Virus record (IMG/VR): IMGVR_UViG_3300036766_000194
Location: 1 to 64,000 of that record
Reading direction: 5' to 3' (one strand)
DNA length: 64,000 nucleotides
Numbering within the stretch: the first letter of the stretch is position 1; every line of letters starts with the position of its first letter. This document shows, piece after piece, positions 8,735 to 15,165 of the stretch. The notes beneath the pieces are model-generated. The model saw only the letters and a list, made by a program, of their open reading frames with translations. It was not told the DNA's origin and did not search any database. Made by a program: the position numbers and the translations under genes.

Positions 8735-8819
8735 GCTGAGTGGACTGGCCCTTTAGTCTAGCAAACCCAGAAATGGGCTGCTATGACGGTTTTATGTTTG
8801 GGAGCGCGTTGCAGTCAGC
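8735..8819 (+). ncRNA. Unassigned ~85-nt structured RNA at the head of the tRNA array
   Basis: gctga/tcagc closing stem, tggact/agtcta hairpin, ccca-GAAA-tggg hairpin. Confidence 0.45.
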
Positions 8820-8835
8820 CTCTAATCTCCGTTTT

Positions 8836-8911
8836 GGGTGTGTAGCTCATCTGGGAGAGCGTCTCGCTTGCACCGAGAAGGCGGCAGGTTCAAGTCCTGT
8901 CACATCCACCA
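8836..8911 (+). tRNA. tRNA-Ala(TGC)
   Basis: Cloverleaf, tctcg-cttgcac-cgaga anticodon arm, TTC T-loop, encoded CCA. Confidence 0.95.
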
Positions 8912-8920
8912 AAAGTTTTT

Positions 8921-9270
8921 GCTTCCTGAGGCCGAAAGGCTTTTGGAAGCTCAGTGAAACTTGATTCCCGTACCAGGATCCGCGTCTGGTGAGTTAATCT
9001 GTTCAAGGGAATCCCACTTTTAGTCAGGTGGAGAACGGATGAAGTTGGGGATGTAGTCTGATGTCGTAAGATGTTGGGGAACACCATCGGGGGAGGTACC
9101 GCAAGGTACTTCCCTCGGCCAAAACGAGATTACTATGAAGACGATCACCAACTCGAACCGTTTCACCAAAGGAACGGTAGGAGTGTTTACGGGGATCGTC
9201 GTCGTCACCTTCGGTGGCGAAGATACCAAGGGTATTGAGGGGTAATACCCTCGCTACCCGGACCTACCCA
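8921..9270 (+). ncRNA. Unassigned ~350-nt multi-hairpin RNA between tRNA-Ala and tRNA-Val
   Basis: Stems gcttcc/ggaagc, gattccc/gggaatc, gtac-cgcaag-gtac, gacgatc/gatcgtc, cacc-ttc-ggtg, gggtatt/aataccc. No credible ORF. Confidence 0.55.
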
Positions 9271-9286
9271 AACAAATTTAACGCAT

Positions 9287-9362
9287 TAGCCTGTTAGCTC
9301 ATCGGTCAGAGCGTCCGGTTTACACCCGGAATAGGGGGGTTCAATTCCCTCACGGGCTACCA
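9287..9362 (+). tRNA. tRNA-Val(TAC)
   Basis: tccgg-tttacac-ccgga arm, CCA end. Confidence 0.93.
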
Positions 9363-9400
9363 AGTTTTTGGAGTTTACTGTGGTTTAGTTTAGAAAGGAG

Positions 9401-9436
9401 TAAACTGGGGTAAACTGGGATAAACTGGAGTAAACT
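9401..9436 (+). repeat. Four TAAACT units at 10-bp period
   Basis: taaactgggg taaactggga taaactggag taaact. Confidence 0.9.
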
Positions 9437-9479
9437 CAGTAGCTTGAGCAGGTATGGCGGTACCAAGTTTTTAGAGTTT

Positions 9480-9554
9480 AGTCGTGAGGCTCTCCGGGTG
9501 AGCACCGTCTTGATAAGGCGGCATGAGTAGGTTCGATTCCTACCACGACTACCA
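9480..9554 (+). tRNA. tRNA-Ile(GAT)
   Basis: agtcgtg/cacgact acceptor, ccgtc-ttgataa-ggcgg arm, CCA. Confidence 0.9.
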
Positions 9555-9570
9555 AGTTTTGGGATGATCG

Positions 9571-9641
9571 TGGGTCGTAGCTTAATGGTAGAGCAGCGGC
9601 GTTAAGCCGCTGGTGCGAGGTTCGACTCCTCGCCGACTGAA
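9571..9641 (+). pseudogene. Degenerate tRNA-Asn-derived gene (loop CGTTAAG)
   Basis: Good D and T arms. Anticodon loop lacks U33, acceptor stem is mismatched, no CCA. Confidence 0.65.
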
Positions 9642-9721
9642 ATGCGACCGGGATTCCTAAACACGGGGAGGAAGGATTGGCAGCGGCTCGCACCGTCTGT
9701 TGAACTGGACTCCTCGGCTTT

Positions 9722-9795
9722 CCCCTGGTAGCACAATGGGAGTGCCCTGGTCTGAAGAACCAGTTACGGTGGTTCGATTCCACCCCTTGGGACCA
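9722..9795 (+). tRNA. tRNA-Phe(GAA)
   Basis: ctggt-ctgaaga-accag arm, CCA. Two acceptor mismatches. Confidence 0.85.
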
Positions 9796-9799
9796 ATTT

Positions 9800-9874
9800 A
9801 GGTGCGTAGCTCAGTGGCTAGAGCGTACCCTTGACATGGGTAAAACGAGTGTTCGATTCACTCCGTGCCTACCA
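9800..9874 (+). tRNA. tRNA-Val(GAC)
   Basis: taccc-ttgacat-gggta arm, CCA. Confidence 0.93.
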
Positions 9875-9877
9875 TAT

Positions 9878-9952
9878 GCGGGCATAGTTTAATGGCAAAA
9901 CCTCTGCCTTCCAAGCAGATGACCGCCGAATCGGTATCGGCTGCCCGCTCCA
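9878..9952 (+). tRNA. tRNA-Gly(TCC) with atypical T-loop
   Basis: tctgc-cttccaa-gcaga arm. T-arm gccga-atcggta-tcggc. CCA. Confidence 0.85.
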
Positions 9953-9988
9953 GAATTTTTGCAGTAGAATAAAACAGGAGTAAAATCT

Positions 9989-10054
9989 GCGGGAGTAGCT
10001 CAACGGTAGAGCGCATCGTTGCCAACGATGATACGTCGGTCCAACACCGCTCCA
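9989..10054 (+). pseudogene. tRNA-Gly(GCC) with a deletion in the T-arm/acceptor junction
   Basis: Canonical 5' half and catcg-ttgccaa-cgatg arm, but only 66 nt with a collapsed T-arm. Confidence 0.75.
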
Positions 10055-10068
10055 AAGAAGGTGATTGT

Positions 10069-10617
10069 ATGAATGTCTGGTTGATTCCGGATACCCATTT
10101 CAACCCGAACGGGATTGAAACGTATTGCATCCGGCCAGAAGGATATGGTGAGCGCATTCAAAAGTTGTGGCGCAACACCGTAAAGCCGGAAGACACGGTT
10201 ATCCACCTTGGTGACGTTATCATAGGGGGATATGACAAGGCCAAGGAAATCTTGGACAGTCTGCCGGGGAACAAGATTCTCGTCATGGGAAACCATGACT
10301 GGAGTAAGTCGGCAACCTGGTGGATGCGTAACGGTTTTTCGTTCGCTTGTCACGGAATGCTTTGGGGACGTGTTTGGTTGAGTCATTACCCGGTTGATTT
10401 TTTGCCACAGTACGCAAAGATCAACATTCACGGGCACTGTCACATCAACCGTCGTTCTTGGGCAGGCTTGAATCCGTTTAACAAGCTGTTCTGTCTTGAA
10501 TATGGGCTAGGTGGAAACGTAGCAAGCGCCTACAGTCCTGTCAAGCTGGAAAAGTTCGTGGATTCGAAGAAGATTACGGAATTGGGTGGTGATTACAAGC
10601 ATCCTCTTCCGTGGTAG
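10069..10617 (+). CDS. Calcineurin-like metallophosphoesterase
   Basis: DTHF, HLGD, GNHD, HGHCH motifs. Confidence 0.9.
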   Translation: MNVWLIPDTHFNPNGIETYCIRPEGYGERIQKLWRNTVKPEDTVIHLGDVIIGGYDKAKEILDSLPGNKILVMGNHDWSKSATWWMRNGFSFACHGMLWGRVWLSHYPVDFLPQYAKINIHGHCHINRRSWAGLNPFNKLFCLEYGLGGNVASAYSPVKLEKFVDSKKITELGGDYKHPLPW

Positions 10618-10687
10618 TAAAACGGCCCACAGAGAGCCGTGAGAGGGATAGATAAATCCTGTGTGAAATATGCCCTCTCATAATTTT

Positions 10688-10761
10688 GGCCTCGTCGTCT
10701 ATGGGTAGGATCTTGGGTTTTCAACCCAAGTAAGAGAGTTCGAGTCTCTCCGAGGCTACCA
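10688..10761 (+). tRNA. tRNA-Glu(TTC)
   Basis: ttggg-ttttcaa-cccaa arm, CCA. Confidence 0.92.
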
Positions 10762-10772
10762 GTTTTAAGTTT

Positions 10773-10847
10773 GGTGCCATGGTCAAGCGGAACTGACGTC
10801 GCCCTGTCACGGCGAAAGCGCGGGTTCAACTCCCGCTGGCACCGCCA
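10773..10847 (+). tRNA. tRNA-Asp(GTC)
   Basis: tcgcc-ctgtcac-ggcga arm, CCA. Confidence 0.95.
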
Positions 10848-10855
10848 TTTTCTTT

Positions 10856-10932
10856 GGCGCGTTAGTGCAGAGGCCCAGCACACTTGGTTCTCAACCAAGA
10901 AATCACCAGTTCGAATCTGGTACGCGCTACCA
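10856..10932 (+). tRNA. tRNA-Glu(CTC)
   Basis: cttgg-ttctcaa-ccaag arm, CCA. Confidence 0.92.
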
Positions 10933-10971
10933 ATATTACTCATTTCTCTCTCCACAGTAGTATATAAGAGT

Positions 10972-11715
10972 ATGAAACTTCAACTCATCTCAGATCTCCA
11001 CACGGAGTTTCATCAGGGACCAAAGCGTCTATTGGCGTCCCTGCCCATCGCTCCTAACTTAGACTTTCTGGTTGTAGCAGGGGACTCTGTAGTTATCCAG
11101 CGTCAGCATGAACAGGACATTCTTCCTTTCTTTAAATGGGCTTCAGCCCAAGCACGACATGTTCTTTGGATTGAGGGCAACCACGAATATTACGGCTCAA
11201 ACAATTCTCAACAAACAGACATTCAAATCGCCGCCTATGTTGGGAAGTACCCCAATATTCATTGGTTGCGAAATGAAGAAATAACTTTGGATGGAGTTCA
11301 TTTTTACGGTGGTTGTATGTGGTTTCCCAATGCCGACGGACTTAACAGTTTGTACGAGCGGGAACTGTCAGACTTTTCTCAAATCAAAGACATTCGTAAT
11401 TGGGTCTACGGTAGCAATCTACAGTTCCGTTTCAACGCAGATAGATTGGTACGAGAGGATACCATTGTTATCTCACATCATCTTCCCCACCCCAATTCTA
11501 CTCCTCCTATGTTCCGAGGGTCTAGCACCAATAGGTTCTTTGTAAGCGACGAATCAAACTTGATTTTGGAGAAGCAACCCCGACTGTGGTTTCATGGACA
11601 TACGCATGGGGCTTGTGACTATACATTGGGTAGAACCCGAATTATTTGTAATCCTTACGGCTATCCCAGTGAACGTGGCAGTTCTGAATACCCACAGATT
11701 GTGTTGGATGTATGA
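10972..11715 (+). CDS. Metallophosphoesterase
   Basis: MKLQLISDLH, AGD, GNHEYY, HGHTH, NPYGYP. Start re-placed to ATG 10972. Confidence 0.9.
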   Translation: MKLQLISDLHTEFHQGPKRLLASLPIAPNLDFLVVAGDSVVIQRQHEQDILPFFKWASAQARHVLWIEGNHEYYGSNNSQQTDIQIAAYVGKYPNIHWLRNEEITLDGVHFYGGCMWFPNADGLNSLYERELSDFSQIKDIRNWVYGSNLQFRFNADRLVREDTIVISHHLPHPNSTPPMFRGSSTNRFFVSDESNLILEKQPRLWFHGHTHGACDYTLGRTRIICNPYGYPSERGSSEYPQIVLDV

Positions 11716-11730
11716 AACATCTTTTGTATA

Positions 11731-11862
11731 ATGCTGGGAATTTTTGTGTGTCTATTTTTAGCCACTTGGCTGTTCAGCCGTTTAACCCTATTTATATTTT
11801 GGACCCCTCCTCTTTCCGTATTACTTGTTCTTCTAGGGGTGGCTGTTTTTTGTAACGATTAG
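11731..11862 (+). CDS. Small membrane peptide (43 aa)
   Basis: MLGIFVCLFLATWLFSRLTLFIFWTPPLSVLLVLLGVAVFCND, two hydrophobic stretches. Below the ORF-track cutoff. Confidence 0.4.
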   Translation: MLGIFVCLFLATWLFSRLTLFIFWTPPLSVLLVLLGVAVFCND

Positions 11863-11931
11863 ATCTATTAGAAAATTCTTCTCTTAATTTCCTCCACAAA
11901 ATAACTTCGGCTCCCAAATAGAGGGAGCACC

Positions 11932-12165
11932 GTGTTCAAGTCTAAGCTCTTTAAATTAGGGTATGGCTACGACATCAGTGGAGAAACTGGTTCTGGTGGG
12001 GGTACGTCCGGGCAACAGAAAGAAGTTAGCGATCAAGCCCAGCCGTGGACTCAACATCAAACTGGACCTAGTCCTGTAAATGTGATGCGGGATTCTGATG
12101 CTGAAGAAGAATTTCCTCAAATAGTTAAAAAACCAAACATCTTTCCTTCAAGGAACGTTAAGTAA
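11932..12165 (+). CDS. Hypothetical protein
   Basis: RBS gaggga, GTG start, coupled to the next gene. Confidence 0.6.
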   Translation: MFKSKLFKLGYGYDISGETGSGGGTSGQQKEVSDQAQPWTQHQTGPSPVNVMRDSDAEEEFPQIVKKPNIFPSRNVK

Positions 12166-12620
12166 TGGGAACTTACAAAACAGTACTCTTCAATACTCTT
12201 ACAAATTTGATAGAAGTTGCTCCTATTGCTTCTACAGATTACCTAGGACAAACTGCTTCGGTAGGACCTATTGTTCTAACCACCCCGGTAGATAATGGAG
12301 TCTACAGAGTTTCTGTCTATGAAGAGTGTACCGTGGCAGGAGCGGCGGCGGGGGGTTCTCCCTATGGAACTGGTTTGTATGGTTCCGGAGTCTACAATCC
12401 CGCAAATGACACATTACAGACTACAATTTATTGGACAGATGAAGCTGGGACTAGATTTACCACTCCAATTATAACTCCTTTGGACTTAAGTGATACAAAT
12501 GCCTCTAGTGGCTCTACGGTTGTTCGTTCCGTAAGTGGACAGCCTATTTCATTTTCATCAACCTTAGTAAAGACTGGATCACCCACTTACGGGGTGTCGG
12601 TACGAATAGAAAGACTGTAA
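12165..12620 (+). CDS. Putative virion structural protein
   Basis: Thr/Ser/Gly-rich beta-type sequence with YGTGLYGSGVY motif. Confidence 0.55.
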   Translation: MGTYKTVLFNTLTNLIEVAPIASTDYLGQTASVGPIVLTTPVDNGVYRVSVYEECTVAGAAAGGSPYGTGLYGSGVYNPANDTLQTTIYWTDEAGTRFTTPIITPLDLSDTNASSGSTVVRSVSGQPISFSSTLVKTGSPTYGVSVRIERL

Positions 12621-12652
12621 TTTAACTTTTGGAACGTAATTAGGGGAATAAA

Positions 12653-13603
12653 ATGCCAACGTCAACAACCTACATGGGTCTCAGTAAGCCAAGTGTCGGA
12701 GGAGACTCCAATACTTGGGGAACCTTGATAAATGCCGATCTAGACTCTCTCGATGCTTTGTCAGTCTATAACGTAGTTTCTGTGAGTATTACCGGAGCAC
12801 TATCTGTCTATAACGGCCCCGCTCTTATTAAGGCCACCGGAGGAGTAGGAGGTATAACTCTGACCCTCCCCGATGCCACTATAACTGCCAATAAGGGTCG
12901 TGTATATATTATAAATAAGGTGGATTCAGCAGCAGGAACCATTACCGTTAACACTACGAGTGCCCAGACAATTTCCGGTGCTTCTAGTACTTCTATAAGT
13001 CAGCAGTGGCATGCTAAGATTGTTCAATCTGATGGAGCTAACTGGGTATCTGTAGGAACACATCTATCGGACACTACAACAGGCACGGGTTCAAACGTTC
13101 TCTCCGCTTCTCCTGCTTTTACAGGTACAGTAGGTCTCCCCATTGTAACTTTGACAGGTGCTGTTACAAACTACAATAGCATTGCTACGGTTTCTAACGG
13201 TGTTCCTTCTGAATATGCCACCGTTGATTTGACCGCTCAGACAGTAGCTAAAACTTCTACTTTGTTATATGCTGTTCCTTCTGGTTCTCCTCCTGTTTCG
13301 GATATGTATCGTATTTCGTGGTCAGCTGCTATTACTACAGCAGACAGTGGTAGTCCTCCTAGCTCAACTTTGGGTGGAGCTAGTGGATTTCAAGTTAACT
13401 ACACTTCTCCCACAGATAGCGTATCAAAGACAACTATTGCGCAGGCAGATTGGTCTAGCAGCGCAAATACGACAGGAACAGCTGTTGGTGGTACAGTTGT
13501 GGTGTATGCAAAAGCAGGTACCAATATTAATTACACGTTCGGATATACCTCTTCAACTAACACCATGGCTTATGAGTTACATATAAAGCTAGAGGCTTTA
13601 TAA
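12653..13603 (+). CDS. Putative tail fibre / virion appendage protein
   Basis: N-terminal GLSKPSVGGDSNTWGTLIN typical of fibre N-termini. ITLTLP...INK...SDGANW module. Confidence 0.65.
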   Translation: MPTSTTYMGLSKPSVGGDSNTWGTLINADLDSLDALSVYNVVSVSITGALSVYNGPALIKATGGVGGITLTLPDATITANKGRVYIINKVDSAAGTITVNTTSAQTISGASSTSISQQWHAKIVQSDGANWVSVGTHLSDTTTGTGSNVLSASPAFTGTVGLPIVTLTGAVTNYNSIATVSNGVPSEYATVDLTAQTVAKTSTLLYAVPSGSPPVSDMYRISWSAAITTADSGSPPSSTLGGASGFQVNYTSPTDSVSKTTIAQADWSSSANTTGTAVGGTVVVYAKAGTNINYTFGYTSSTNTMAYELHIKLEAL

Positions 13604-13604
13604 A

Positions 13605-14090
13605 ATGAGTAAGTTTTTAACCGAACCAAGTGCTAAACCCACACAATCTTTTAGGTATTTTTTCTCTACAACCCATACAGACGCTGTGGCTGGGTGGAAG
13701 ACTTTTACAGTTCCTTTCCCGGTTTCTTTCTTTGATAGCAATTACACCCTAGTATTAGAGCTTCAAATAGATACAGCCAACATGGCTATTTGGCAAGCAA
13801 ATCACGCTTATACCACTAGTGACCAGGCTATTTATATTGGAAATGGACAAGTGGCCTATGTTACAGTAGGTGGTACTAGTGGAGGAACCGTTCCAACATG
13901 GCCTACTTCGGGAACCATAACCGACGGTAGCTTGTCCCCTCTCACCGCTGTTACTTGGCAGACTTATGGTTTTTCAACAGCGGTTTGGACGGGTGGTATT
14001 GTTTCTAAATCTTCCACGGGATTCGTGGAACAAATATCCACGCTAATCTATGCTCCTATGATTTTAAATGTAACAGCAACACACGACTAA
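13605..14090 (+). CDS. Putative virion protein with carbohydrate-binding-like motif
   Basis: WQANHAY...GTSGGTVPTWPTSGTITDG...TWQ. Confidence 0.55.
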   Translation: MSKFLTEPSAKPTQSFRYFFSTTHTDAVAGWKTFTVPFPVSFFDSNYTLVLELQIDTANMAIWQANHAYTTSDQAIYIGNGQVAYVTVGGTSGGTVPTWPTSGTITDGSLSPLTAVTWQTYGFSTAVWTGGIVSKSSTGFVEQISTLIYAPMILNVTATHD

Positions 14091-14110
14091 CTTTAGAGTA
14101 TTAACTCATC

Positions 14111-14275
14111 ATGAGTAGTTTTCAGTATCAAGAAGATTCAGACACTCGTAAAGAAGTAGAAATGGATTGCGAACATTACTACTTCGCAGAAGATCTAGGC
14201 ACAAAGATGCTTTGTATCTTAACCGCAGGACACCTGGGGTTACATTTAGATGCTACAGGAGTAGAATGGCCCTAA
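14111..14275 (+). CDS. Small hypothetical protein (54 aa), apparently leaderless
   Basis: MSSFQYQEDS...CEHY...LCILTAGHLGLH. ATG lies 14 nt after AGTATTAA. Confidence 0.55.
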   Translation: MSSFQYQEDSDTRKEVEMDCEHYYFAEDLGTKMLCILTAGHLGLHLDATGVEWP

Positions 14276-14937
14276 GAATCACAGTAGAATCATTGGGACT
14301 CCCGCAAAAAGATTTTTATCAAGTTAAAAACGAATTATTGTTAGTTGGTAAGAAATTCGATAAAGAAACTCTCCCTAGTATACCCTATTCTCAACTTCAT
14401 CTTTGTTCCCTAAGTTCTGCTAACTCCACCATTTGCTCTCTAAGATTAATTCAAGAAGAAAAACAATCTCGTCGTGAACGTTTCATTATCATGGATAGAG
14501 ATGAAATTTTACAGATGAAGAACTATCTTATCATTGAACGCATGTGGGATGATGTAGTCCAAGAACGTGCCTACAGGGTCCTCCCTCATTGGAATAATAT
14601 GAATGAGCGTCAACGGGTCTGGTTGAAACTCAATTGTGTATTCAATCATGTAGATGACCCAAACCAGAGGGGAGGAGAAATAATATCAGGATTAATAAAG
14701 TGTGGAGTAACTCGTCTTCTTCCCCCTGAAGTGGTGTTTAGTTTCTCTACTAAATTGAAGGATCTGTTGAAACTTTACCCAGTCAAGATTGCAGATAATA
14801 CGCTAAGAGATAGAATTTCTGTTTTGTCTGACGGTATACTACAATTTCTCCCCGAAGAAGAACGACAACTCATAGAAAATGAAGAAATACAAGAATATTC
14901 TTGTACTAGCGACTGTTACAGAGTACTTTTAGTCTAG
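14266..14937 (+). CDS. Hypothetical protein
   Basis: Long ORF. Start re-placed to ATG 14266, overlapping the previous gene. Confidence 0.7.
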   Translation: MALRITVESLGLPQKDFYQVKNELLLVGKKFDKETLPSIPYSQLHLCSLSSANSTICSLRLIQEEKQSRRERFIIMDRDEILQMKNYLIIERMWDDVVQERAYRVLPHWNNMNERQRVWLKLNCVFNHVDDPNQRGGEIISGLIKCGVTRLLPPEVVFSFSTKLKDLLKLYPVKIADNTLRDRISVLSDGILQFLPEEERQLIENEEIQEYSCTSDCYRVLLV

Positions 14938-15165
14938 AACAAACTAACCTTTTTCGTCTTATTCCGGTAGAATACCTGTGGAGGAACCCTACCATGGAAG
15001 AAGTCAATCGCGACGAAGACGTGACCGGAACAGAAGAATGGCTGGCTTGTGAAGTATATGGTCACAATTACACAAATAACGAGGACGGTAGCCATACTTG
15101 CCTTGACTGTGGCGATCATTATCAGGTGTGACTGAAGAGGGACAAATGGTATACGGCAACAACTA

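Noticed and set aside
8735-8819. Assignment to ZTP, fluoride, c-di-GMP or SAM-I riboswitch
   Set aside because: Only fragments match. Key ligand-binding nucleotides of each class are missing.
9401-9436. CRISPR-like repeat
   Set aside because: 10-bp units without unique spacers. No CRISPR array or cas operon anywhere in the window.
9478-10955. ORFs overlapping tRNA genes (9478-9783, 9858-10157, 10593-10955, the 10771 start)
   Set aside because: Antisense or read-through of tRNA sequences.
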